Shown here: piece after piece, positions 1 to 7,943 of the stretch
Layout of the letters: every line of letters begins with the position of its first letter
Numbering within the stretch: the first letter of the stretch is position 1
Virus record (IMG/VR): IMGVR_UViG_3300033076_000292
Location: 1-32,264 of that record
Direction: 5' to 3' (one strand)
Length of the DNA stretch: 32,264 bases
DNA from: a virus
Taxonomy: Duplodnaviria; Caudoviricetes
Program-made: the position numbers and the translations under genes
The notes under the pieces: model-generated
Told to the model about the DNA's origin: nothing
Seen by the model: only the letters and a program-made list of their open reading frames with translations
Database searches by the model: none

Positions 1-71
1 CGCACAAATTGCGCGGGTCTTTGGTTATCAGCTTGCGCTTATTGAGATACCTTTGGAGGATGACACGCAAC

Positions 72-99
72 AAAAAAGCCCCGCCACGGATGGCGGGGC
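72..99 (-). terminator. Rho-independent terminator of the minus-strand left-arm operon
   Basis: Perfect 9-bp stem GCCCCGCCA/TGGCGGGGC (78-86/91-99) with a 4-nt loop and A6 at 72-77 (U-tract on the minus strand). Lies 25 nt past the stop at 125. Confidence 0.9.
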
Positions 100-124
100 C
101 GATGACATAAGCGGGGCTGAAAGA

Positions 125-334
125 TCAAGCGCGGCGGGGCGCTAAGTTTTCCGCGATGCGGTCCAGAATACGAGATCCCGAACGCTCTTCGAATAATTGA
201 CCGCGCACATTAGAAGCTTTCCACAAATTGCGATCACGCGATGATCGAATAATCCAAGCTTCAACCGCGCCGTGACGTAAGACGACAAGCCCATCGGGCC
301 CGTCGCTTCGCACTTCAAGCCCAAGGGCTTCCAT
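125..334 (-). CDS. Hypothetical protein (69 aa)
   Basis: ATG at 334 lies 4 nt after the TGA of the upstream gene, avoiding the overlap of the longer 403 start. Followed by the terminator. Confidence 0.6.
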   Translation of the reverse strand: MEALGLEVRSDGPDGLVVLRHGAVEAWIIRSSRDRNLWKASNVRGQLFEERSGSRILDRIAENLAPRRA

Positions 335-338
335 TAGA

Positions 339-1211
339 TCAAGCTTCATCATCAAGCCCGCCATATTGTTTAAGCATGTCTGAAAACCAAGCTTCCGGTT
401 CATCGACTAAGCGGTCCGCCGCATGGGGCGCGGCAATGCAAAGCATGTCTCCTGATCCGATGACACGCGATAAGACGGGGCGCATATTGGCACGAGACCA
501 AGAATGATTGTTATAGGGCCAACGCAAGCCGCTAAAGCTTTTCGCGGCGTCGCTCATCACACCATAGAGCAAGCCTCGTGAAAAAGCGGGCGACGTCATG
601 ACATGCGCGGCGCGGGCAAGATCAAGCGGGCTTGTGTCCATGCGCCACCATATGTGAAACGTGTCTTCACAATCGAACGGAAGCGAAGAGCCGCCACACC
701 ATAACTCGACGGGGCGCAAAGCGGAAAGGGCGCGAACAAGAGCAAGGATCAAAGCCCCGCGCTTTTTTAATGTTTCCGCGCCTATCCCACCAGAAGAGAC
801 AAGATCGACACACACCGCAAGCGGGGCGCTTTCCGATGCGACGCGAACGCGACGCCGCATCGAAAGCGGGTGACCGTTGATTGCGGCGCTTATGATGGCA
901 GAAGAGCCGATGACGTCCGCGACACGTGCCCAAGCGGGGCGCGCCGCATGTAAGCTTTCGAAACGTGACAAGAACGCATCGCTTGCGGGCACACCGGAAA
1001 GATCACCGTTTCGCGCATAATTAAGCGCCGTGTCATAGCTTTGTTTTCCGGTCCACTTTTCCTTGTCTGTGCATTGCTTCCGGTTTGGATTATCTTGCGG
1101 CACGATATGCGCCCTTTCGATAAAACCTGAGAGATTATCGCTGATTAAGAACACGTCTTTACCGTTTGTTTTCGGACACGTTTCGATCACGTCAAGCTTG
1201 ATTGTGTGCAT
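339..1211 (-). CDS. vWA-like protein, probable partner of the AAA+ ATPase
   Basis: 290 aa. Beta-strand plus degenerate MIDAS-like segment LAVCVDLVSSGG, then helix and PVELW strand. RBS-like GAAAGG upstream. Directly downstream of a MoxR/CobS-type ATPase. Confidence 0.65.
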   Translation of the reverse strand: MHTIKLDVIETCPKTNGKDVFLISDNLSGFIERAHIVPQDNPNRKQCTDKEKWTGKQSYDTALNYARNGDLSGVPASDAFLSRFESLHAARPAWARVADVIGSSAIISAAINGHPLSMRRRVRVASESAPLAVCVDLVSSGGIGAETLKKRGALILALVRALSALRPVELWCGGSSLPFDCEDTFHIWWRMDTSPLDLARAAHVMTSPAFSRGLLYGVMSDAAKSFSGLRWPYNNHSWSRANMRPVLSRVIGSGDMLCIAAPHAADRLVDEPEAWFSDMLKQYGGLDDEA

Positions 1212-1241
1212 GGTGAAGCCCTTTCCTGTTTCGCGTTTCGA

Positions 1242-2393
1242 TCACGAGCGCCCTTCGATGATTTTCTTCTGATCATTCGAGAGATTGGCGGCGTATGTCA
1301 TCGCCATTGCTTCATCATGAGTGAAGCCCGCCGCGATAAGCGCCGCGCCCGCAATGGATGAACGGGGCGTTATAAGCACTTTCAAGCCCGCCGCGCTTGC
1401 ACGTTCACGCGCCGCTTGGACACGCCGCGCAAAATCGGCATTGCCTGAAATTGCGGTTTCAAGCGCGACGTCATAGCCCCATGACAAGCGAACGCCGAAA
1501 CGGTCCAGAAAGGCGGCGTCAATCTTTCCGCGCCCGACATAGTCCGCCGTCGCGCCTAAGCCCCATGTGTTGCCTGTCGCAATGATGCGACAATCTGGAT
1601 GACGTTCAATCAATCCGTCCGGAAAGCTTGCGATGCCATTGGCAAGCGCCCCGTTAAGCGCAAGCAAAGCGGCATTGTCCGAACCGTCAACTTCGTCAAA
1701 CAAATAGACGCCGCCTTTTTCGTAAGCTTCGCGGAAGGGCGTAGTATGGTAAACGCCGTGAGCGTCTTTATATCCGATAAGCTCGAAAGCGTCGCGCAAC
1801 GCGCCGTTATAGTAGAAAGGCAAGCCCGCCGCCTTGGCGAAAGCTTTCACGCTATGCGTCTTTCCTGATCCGGCAGGGCCCGCGATCCAAACGTTAGGGG
1901 CGAAACCGTCCGCTTGACGCGATGACAGGACACGGCAAAGCGTGCTGAACATTGGATGATGATGGCCCGCGCTTTCCCCTACCTTCACCCCGTTTGACGT
2001 CATTTCGATTTTGACTGTCGAAACGTTTGATAAAGCTTTTTCGATGGCGGGCTTGATTTGATCGAAAATTTCCGAAAGGGCGTGGCCCTTCACTAGATGC
2101 CATATAGGCAGGCCCGCTTCATTCTTGTCGAAGGATGGCGACGCGATGGCGGGCTTTGTTGTTTCGCTTTCTGTTGTCATGGCAGGCTTTCTTTCCGTTG
2201 TTTCGCTCGTGCTCGTTTCGCCCTTGATGGCGCTTTCGATATCAATTCCAAGGGCGCGCGCCGCGCTCAAAATTTCATCTTTCGAGTAAGATGAAATCGA
2301 CATGTCACCACGCGCTTTCTTGTAAGAAGCCCATCCGTCATGCGAGACGATAGCTTTACGAAGGGCGCTACGTTGTTCGGCTGATAAATTCAT
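1242..2393 (-). CDS. AAA+ ATPase, MoxR/CbbQ/CobS-like (AAA_5 type)
   Basis: Walker A GPAGSGKT, Walker B YLFDEVD, sensor IIATGN, IDAAFLDRF Arg-finger and ITPR sensor II. ATG at 2393 follows a purine-rich RBS and is preferred to the TTG at 2474. Confidence 0.9.
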   Translation of the reverse strand: MNLSAEQRSALRKAIVSHDGWASYKKARGDMSISSYSKDEILSAARALGIDIESAIKGETSTSETTERKPAMTTESETTKPAIASPSFDKNEAGLPIWHLVKGHALSEIFDQIKPAIEKALSNVSTVKIEMTSNGVKVGESAGHHHPMFSTLCRVLSSRQADGFAPNVWIAGPAGSGKTHSVKAFAKAAGLPFYYNGALRDAFELIGYKDAHGVYHTTPFREAYEKGGVYLFDEVDGSDNAALLALNGALANGIASFPDGLIERHPDCRIIATGNTWGLGATADYVGRGKIDAAFLDRFGVRLSWGYDVALETAISGNADFARRVQAARERASAAGLKVLITPRSSIAGAALIAAGFTHDEAMAMTYAANLSNDQKKIIEGRS

Positions 2394-2444
2394 GACTCTT
2401 TCTTTCTGCTTTCTAGTGACAAGCCCCGCGCTTGTCATGCCGCT

Positions 2445-2474
2445 TTCTTGGCATGATTCGGCGCCCCGTGTCAA
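2445..2474 (-). promoter_or_regulatory. Candidate sigma70-type promoter for the left-arm operon
   Basis: Perfect TTGACA on the minus strand (2474-2469) and a 17-nt spacer containing a GANTC site, but only a poor -10 (CCAAGA). About 50 nt upstream of the ATPase start. Confidence 0.3.
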
Positions 2475-3020
2475 ATCAAATTGGCACGTCGCAAGAAAAC
2501 AGTGAATTTATGTCATGGCATGGAATAAACCCTTGAAAGATAACAAAAAACAAGGCCCGCCGCCCTCGACCCCAGACCTGTCAAATTTTTGACATGTCAC
2601 TTTTATTCTGTGTCATTGTGTCGCGGACCATGTCACGAGCCCCGTGACACGTGACACGAGCCCCGAGATCCGAGCACCGCTTGCCGTTGCGTAACGTCAA
2701 CGGTCCTTTGACCATGCGTCATGTCACGTTGCGAAACGTAAGATGACCGAACGTCACGTCACGTTACGGATGACACAACGTAAGATGACCATGTGTCATG
2801 ACACGTGACACGGTGACAGATGGCATGTCATGGGGGCTTCGGGTCCCTTGCCCAATGTCAGATGACAGGGGGGATCGTGTCACGGACCTCGGACCCCCTA
2901 AATCGGGCCCGCGTCCGCAGCGATTGTCCTATAATCCCGATTTTTCAGGGTATGTGAGTAACGCAAAAAAGTCCGCCGACCCCCCTACGAGCAAAACGGC
3001 TTTGGGTCCCCGGCACCCCG

Positions 3021-3049
3021 TGGTAGTATAAAAAAATCAAAACAGGAGG
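3021..3049 (+). promoter_or_regulatory. Candidate extended -10 promoter and strong RBS for the rightward block
   Basis: TG-g-TAGTAT at 3021-3029, then an A-rich tract and AGGAGG at 3044-3049 ahead of ATG 3055. Confidence 0.35.
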
Positions 3050-3054
3050 CTGTC

Positions 3055-3357
3055 ATGACATGGAACTATCGCGTCTTCTTAATCCCCGGCGGCAGCCCTT
3101 TGGAGGAGGACATCTACGCGATCAAGGAAGTCTACTACGGAGATGACGACGAGATTGAGTTCTGGTCCGAGGCCAACATGGCCCCGATGGGGAATACCAT
3201 TGAGGAACTGGAAGAAGACCTTGAAAAGTTCATGGCGGCTTTTGACGAGCCGGTTCTTTTGATCGACGGCGACCGGGCGATTGAGATTGGTGATATTGTC
3301 ATGGACGATGACACGGACGAGCCAATCATTGACGTTGACCTTCAGGACTACCACTAG
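3055..3357 (+). CDS. Small, highly acidic hypothetical phage protein (MTWNYRV N-terminus)
   Basis: Strong RBS AGGAGG. 30 D/E versus 4 K/R in 100 aa. Stop codon overlaps that of the convergent HNH gene (CTAG). Confidence 0.85.
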   Translation: MTWNYRVFLIPGGSPLEEDIYAIKEVYYGDDDEIEFWSEANMAPMGNTIEELEEDLEKFMAAFDEPVLLIDGDRAIEIGDIVMDDDTDEPIIDVDLQDYH

Positions 3358-3869
3358 TCTGCAAGGTATCTCCAGTTCCGGCGGGACAAGATCCGTCTGA
3401 TAGTGTCGCTGCCGACTCCGTAGTCGGCGGCAATTTTTGACGAAGATCTAGTATCTTTCCGGATGGCACGGACATCATCTTCGGTCAATTTTGCATTTCC
3501 GTTACGGGGTCCCCTCGGCGTCCGCCCCCGCATTGTACGATCTGACATATTGTCGGCGTGGGTCCCTGACTCTAGGTGGTATGGGTTTACACACCATCGG
3601 TTATCGCACTTATGTCTGACGATTGTGTTTGAATCGATTTCTTGGTTTGCCAGCATGTAGCTGAAGCGGTGGGCGAGGTAGTGTTTGCCAAGTACGTGGA
3701 AGGTTCCATATCCGTCGGTGACAAAAGCACCCTTCCATTCCCAACATCGATCTTGCCGATCTACTGACACCTTGCTGAAGAACCGTGCTATGTCGTATAA
3801 GTCTACTTCTAAACCTGTTGGCAAACAGAAAGGTGTTTCACGTGAAACACGAGAAGCGTGATCCGTCAT
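3354..3869 (-). CDS. HNH homing endonuclease (HNH_3 type with C-terminal helical DNA-binding domain)
   Basis: Motifs CWEWKG..DGYG, AHRFSY, VRHKCDNRWCVNPYHLESGTHADN and NGNAKLTEDDVRAIR. Antisense to its neighbours, as expected for a mobile insertion. Confidence 0.9.
   Translation of the reverse strand: MTDHASRVSRETPFCLPTGLEVDLYDIARFFSKVSVDRQDRCWEWKGAFVTDGYGTFHVLGKHYLAHRFSYMLANQEIDSNTIVRHKCDNRWCVNPYHLESGTHADNMSDRTMRGRTPRGPRNGNAKLTEDDVRAIRKDTRSSSKIAADYGVGSDTIRRILSRRNWRYLAD
3834..3849. promoter_or_regulatory. parS: parS site (perfect 16-bp palindrome TGTTTCACGTGAAACA)
   Basis: Exact match to the bacterial chromosomal ParB/Spo0J-binding consensus. Confidence 0.85.
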
Positions 3870-4111
3870 CCCATCGTACCCCGTCGCAGATCCGTAAGAT
3901 GGACCGGGGGTACAACGCTACCCCTGAAAACATCAAAAAGCGGTCAATGCGTAATGAAGCTCGCAAGAAACTAGCTAAAGCGGGCCTTGTAAGCAAGGGC
4001 GACGGCAAAGATGTCGATCACATCAAGCCCGTTCGGTCCGGCGGTTCGAATGCCAGATCAAATCTTCGTGTCATGTCACGCTCAAAGAACCGAGCTTGGA
4101 GAGCCAAATAG
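3842..4111 (+). CDS. Small basic HNH endonuclease, terminase-adjacent
   Basis: HNH core GDGKDVDHIKP...GGSN..SNLRVMSRSKNR. GTG 3842 is preceded by GAAAGG (3828-3833). Stop overlaps the probable TerL start. Confidence 0.8.
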   Translation: MKHEKRDPSSHRTPSQIRKMDRGYNATPENIKKRSMRNEARKKLAKAGLVSKGDGKDVDHIKPVRSGGSNARSNLRVMSRSKNRAWRAK

Positions 4112-5571
4112 TGCTTGTAGAAGACGAGAATACCAAAAAGCTCCGCCGACTTGCGGCGCTTATGAACCGGGCTAAGGAATTTAAGGCATACGACAAAGCC
4201 CAAGAAAACTTCATGGACTTTGTAGCGATGATGTGGCCCTCCTTTATCGGGGGCAGGCATCATAAGATGGTTGCCGAGAAGCTTGAGGCTGTTGCTCGGG
4301 GCGAGTTGAAACGGCTGATTATTAACATGCCACCTCGTCATACAAAGTCTGAGTTTGCCAGCTTTCTCTTCCCTGCTTGGATGATTGGCAAGAAGCCAAG
4401 CATGAAGATCATGCAGGCGACCCACACGGCGGATCTGTCAATCAGGTTCGGTCGTAAGGTCAAGAACCTCATGGAGACAAAGGAATATCAGGGCCTGTTT
4501 GACGTTCGACTAAGGTCGGACTCAAAGGCTGCGTATCGTTGGGAGACGGATGATGGCGGGGAATACTACGCGGCAGGCGTGGGCGGTAACATTGCGGGTC
4601 GCGGTGCTGATCTGTTCATCGTGGATGATCCTCATTCAGAACAGGATGCTATGTCGCCTACGGCTCTGGAAAATGCGTGGGATTGGTATACTTCAGGACC
4701 TAGACAGCGTCTTCAGCCGGGTGGTGCGATCATTCTGGTCATGACACGGTGGGGTGAGAACGACCTCACTGCACGTCTTTTGAAACAGGCCGCCAAGGAC
4801 CCAAAGGCTGACCAGTGGGAGGTGATCGAACTACCGGCAATCTTGGACAGCGGCGCTGCGCTTTGGCCGGAATACTGGAAGATTGAGGAGCTTGAAAAGA
4901 TCAAGGCGTCTATTCCGCTGACACAGTGGAACGCCCAGTACATGCAGAAGCCGACATCTGACACGGCTGCGATTATCAAGCGCGAGTGGTGGAAACCTTG
5001 GTCCAAGGACGACATACCGCGACTCCATTATGTTATGCAGAGTTACGATACCGCGTTCCTGAAAACTCGGACCGCTGACTTTACGTCGATCCAGACGTGG
5101 GGCGTCTTCTATCCGAGGGAGGACAGTCCGCCCAATGTGATTTTGCTGGATGCGAAGAAGGGTAGGTGGGAGTTCCCCGACCTGAAGCGTATTGCCTTTG
5201 AGGAGAGCAAGTACTGGGACCCTGAAGTGATCTTGATCGAAGCGAAGGCGGCGGGGCTGCCCTTGACCCAAGAACTTCGGTCCTCGGGCATTCCGGTGGT
5301 GAATTTTACACCGAGTCGAGGTAATGATAAGCACGCTCGTATGAACTCTGTTGCCCCACTATTCGAGGCAGGTTTGGTGTGGTATCCTGAGACATCTTGG
5401 GCTGAAGAGGTCATTGAGGAAATGGCTGCGTTCCCATTCGGGGAACATGACGACCACTGTGACGCCGCGACACAAGCTCTGATGCGGTTTCGACAGGGTG
5501 GGTTTTTAACACACCCCGACGATCTGGTTATTGAGCGGGTCGAACGGGAAGTGAAAAGGATTTATTACTGA
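4111..5571 (+). CDS. terL: Terminase large subunit
   Basis: ATPase motifs INMPPRHTKS and LFIVDDPH; RuvC-like nuclease motifs QSYDTA and HDDHCDA. GTG 4111 with GGAG at 4098 is preferred to TTG 4096. Confidence 0.95.
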   Translation: MLVEDENTKKLRRLAALMNRAKEFKAYDKAQENFMDFVAMMWPSFIGGRHHKMVAEKLEAVARGELKRLIINMPPRHTKSEFASFLFPAWMIGKKPSMKIMQATHTADLSIRFGRKVKNLMETKEYQGLFDVRLRSDSKAAYRWETDDGGEYYAAGVGGNIAGRGADLFIVDDPHSEQDAMSPTALENAWDWYTSGPRQRLQPGGAIILVMTRWGENDLTARLLKQAAKDPKADQWEVIELPAILDSGAALWPEYWKIEELEKIKASIPLTQWNAQYMQKPTSDTAAIIKREWWKPWSKDDIPRLHYVMQSYDTAFLKTRTADFTSIQTWGVFYPREDSPPNVILLDAKKGRWEFPDLKRIAFEESKYWDPEVILIEAKAAGLPLTQELRSSGIPVVNFTPSRGNDKHARMNSVAPLFEAGLVWYPETSWAEEVIEEMAAFPFGEHDDHCDAATQALMRFRQGGFLTHPDDLVIERVEREVKRIYY

Positions 5572-7943
5572 TGGCTCAGTCCCCCTTTAACAACATAGAA
5601 AAATCATCAAACTCCGGAACCTTGGATGGTATGCGGGACGATGCAATGGGGGACGCTGAACACGAGGGTGCGTTCGCAGCTTTGGAAGAAGCTCCGGAAA
5701 ATGCTCCGGACGAGGTTGAAGAAGAGGACTACGTCGCTGACGTAGAGTTCTCAGCAAACCTTGCAGAGCATCTCCCTGAAAAGATCCTGCAAAAGATTGT
5801 GAAGGATCTCGACGATCTGATCACGGAAGATGATCGCGGTCGTGAGGAATGGAAGCACATGTACGAGAAGGGCATGGTCCTTCTTGGCTTGAATTATGAA
5901 GAGCGCACCGAGCCGTTTGACGGCGCAACCGGTGTCACGCATCCGATCCTGAACGAAGCTGTCACGCAGTTCCAAGCTCAGGCGTACAAGGAAATGTTGC
6001 CGTCTGGCGGTCCTGTTCGCACCGTGGTCATCGGTAAGGTGACACCGGAGAAGGAAGCGCAGGCTGATCGCGTCAAGACGTTCATGAACTACCAGATCAC
6101 GCAAGTGATGGAAGAGTATGACCCTGACTTCGACCAGATGCTGTACTTCTTGGGTTACGGCGGATCGATGTTCAAGAAGGTCTATTATGATGACTATCTT
6201 GGTCGTGCGACGAGCCCGTACATTCAGCCGAAGGATTTGATTGTACCGTATGCTGCTCGTGATCTTCTGACAGCAGAGCGTGTCACGCACGTTTTGAAGT
6301 ATTCACCTAATGAATTAAAACGGTTGCAGGTCAACGGATTTTACAGGGACATCGAACTTGGCAAACCGTGGTCCGGCGGCAAAGACGAGATCCAAGAACG
6401 GATCAACCGCACGACGGGCGTCGATGACCCCGTCGAACCGAACGAATACACGTTGCACGAATGCCATTGCTATCTGGATATTGAGGGTTTTGAAGACAAA
6501 GACGAAAACGGTGTTGAGACCGGTCTACAGGTTCCATATGTGGTGACCTATGAAAAGACCTCTTTACAGGTCTTGTCGATCCGCCGTAACTGGAAAGAAG
6601 AAGATGTCAAAAAGCGTAAGCGCCAGTTCTTCGTCCACTACAAGTTCCTCCCCGGCCTCGGCTTTTATGGATTTGGACTCGTTCATCTTCTTGGCAATCT
6701 CAGTCGCGCATCTACCTCTATTCTTCGCCAGTTGGTCGATGCAGGCACTCTTGCTAACCTTCCTGCCGGGTTCAAGGCCCGAGGTCTGAGGATCGAGGAC
6801 CAAACCCCGATTCAACCCGGCGAGTGGCGCGATGTCGATGCCCCGGGCGGCGACCTTGCAGCCAACCTGTTACCTCTTCCCTATAAGGAGCCGTCAGCAA
6901 CTCTGTTCCAGTTGCTTGGCTTCTGTATTGGGGCGGCGGAGAAATTTATTGGGACCACGGACCTTGGAATGGGTGAATCCAACCAAGAGCTTCCTGTTGG
7001 TACCACGATTGCGCTTTTGGAGCGTGGCTCGCGTGTCATGTCAGCGGTCCACAAGCGTATGCACTTCGCCCAGATGCAGGAGCTGAAGCTTCTTGCTGAC
7101 GTGTTTGCTGAGTATCTTCCGCCTGAATATCCTTATGAAGTCCAAGGTGCGGACGTCACTGTCAAGGCTCAGGATTTCGATGGCCGCATCGATGTCTTGC
7201 CTGTAAGCGACCCGAACATCTTCTCAATGACACAACGGATCACGCTGGCGCAGCAGCAGTTGCAGCTCGCACAGCAGGCTCCGCAGATGCACAATATGTA
7301 TGAGGCGTATCGTCGTATGTATTCGGCGTTGGGTGTCACGGACATTGACCTTGTTCTACCGCCCCCTCCAAAGCCTGTGCCGGAAAGCCCTGCTTTGGAG
7401 AATGCGCGGTCGCTGGTTATTCCGTCGGGGGGTCAACCTTTGAAGGTGTTCCCGGACCAAGATCACATTGCCCATATCCAAACGCATATCGGCTTTATGA
7501 AGCTGCCTTTGCTGATGGCATCACCGGCGGTGTATGGCGTTCTTCTGTCCCACGTGCTCGAACATCTGTCCTTGGCAGCACAGCAGCAAGTCGTGTTGCA
7601 GATGCAGCAGCAGGGCATCAATATGATGTTGCAGCCGCATGAGATGGAAGTTGAGGTGGCTAAGGCTGAAGCGGGTATGCTTGCTCAGTTGATGCAGCAG
7701 CTTGCTCCGCCGCAGGGTCCAGATCCGTTGATCCAGATCCAACAGCAGAACTTGGCTTTGAAGGCGCAAGACATCCAGAACAAGGCGACCAACGATCAAC
7801 AGAAGGTCGCTTTGGAACAGCAGAAGATGGCGCAAAAGGCCATGCAGGATCAGGAGCGGTTGCAGTCGATGGAAGACATTGCACAGCTTCGCGCTAACAC
7901 GGCGATGCAACGAGTCGCGGCTACTAAAATGGCGAGGCAATAA
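5571..7943 (+). CDS. Portal protein (P22-like, with Gln-rich C-terminal coiled coil)
   Basis: 790 aa, coupled to TerL. Segments HPILNEAVTQFQAQA, GSMFKKVYYD, PGLGFYGFGL and DAGTLANLP are typical of this portal family. Confidence 0.9.
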   Translation: MAQSPFNNIEKSSNSGTLDGMRDDAMGDAEHEGAFAALEEAPENAPDEVEEEDYVADVEFSANLAEHLPEKILQKIVKDLDDLITEDDRGREEWKHMYEKGMVLLGLNYEERTEPFDGATGVTHPILNEAVTQFQAQAYKEMLPSGGPVRTVVIGKVTPEKEAQADRVKTFMNYQITQVMEEYDPDFDQMLYFLGYGGSMFKKVYYDDYLGRATSPYIQPKDLIVPYAARDLLTAERVTHVLKYSPNELKRLQVNGFYRDIELGKPWSGGKDEIQERINRTTGVDDPVEPNEYTLHECHCYLDIEGFEDKDENGVETGLQVPYVVTYEKTSLQVLSIRRNWKEEDVKKRKRQFFVHYKFLPGLGFYGFGLVHLLGNLSRASTSILRQLVDAGTLANLPAGFKARGLRIEDQTPIQPGEWRDVDAPGGDLAANLLPLPYKEPSATLFQLLGFCIGAAEKFIGTTDLGMGESNQELPVGTTIALLERGSRVMSAVHKRMHFAQMQELKLLADVFAEYLPPEYPYEVQGADVTVKAQDFDGRIDVLPVSDPNIFSMTQRITLAQQQLQLAQQAPQMHNMYEAYRRMYSALGVTDIDLVLPPPPKPVPESPALENARSLVIPSGGQPLKVFPDQDHIAHIQTHIGFMKLPLLMASPAVYGVLLSHVLEHLSLAAQQQVVLQMQQQGINMMLQPHEMEVEVAKAEAGMLAQLMQQLAPPQGPDPLIQIQQQNLALKAQDIQNKATNDQQKVALEQQKMAQKAMQDQERLQSMEDIAQLRANTAMQRVAATKMARQ

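Larger units (their letters stand above)
2417..3060. repeat. Non-coding divergence region dense in TGACA/TGTCA pentamers, short direct repeats and palindromes
   Basis: 23 TGACA/TGTCA copies counted. Exact repeats: TGACACGTGACACG (2645, 2799), AACGTAAGATGACC (2735, 2777), CACGAGCCCCG (2634, 2655). Palindromes: GTGTCATGACAC (2793), TGACATGTCA (2590), TGTCAAA-tt-TTTGACA (2579). Confidence 0.9.

Noticed and set aside
2394-2474. Longer N-terminus of the AAA+ ATPase (TTG start at 2474)
   Set aside because: The TTG is part of a TTGACA promoter-like element with no RBS; ATG 2393 has a purine-rich RBS.
2579-2885. CRISPR array or mini-array
   Set aside because: Exact repeats are 14 bp or shorter, in both orientations, with no constant repeat-spacer structure and no cas genes.
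2579-2885. PhoB boxes (CTGTCAT direct repeats)
   Set aside because: The TGTCA half-site matches, but same-orientation copies are not at the 11-bp spacing of Pho boxes (7, 8, 16 and 20 bp seen).
2930-2935. Perfect TATAAT
   Set aside because: No -35 or TG extension at the proper spacing, so it cannot be supported as a promoter from sequence alone.
2798-3031. 77-aa ORF in the repeat region
   Set aside because: No RBS, starts within the palindrome array, and the translation mirrors the DNA repeats; probably spurious.
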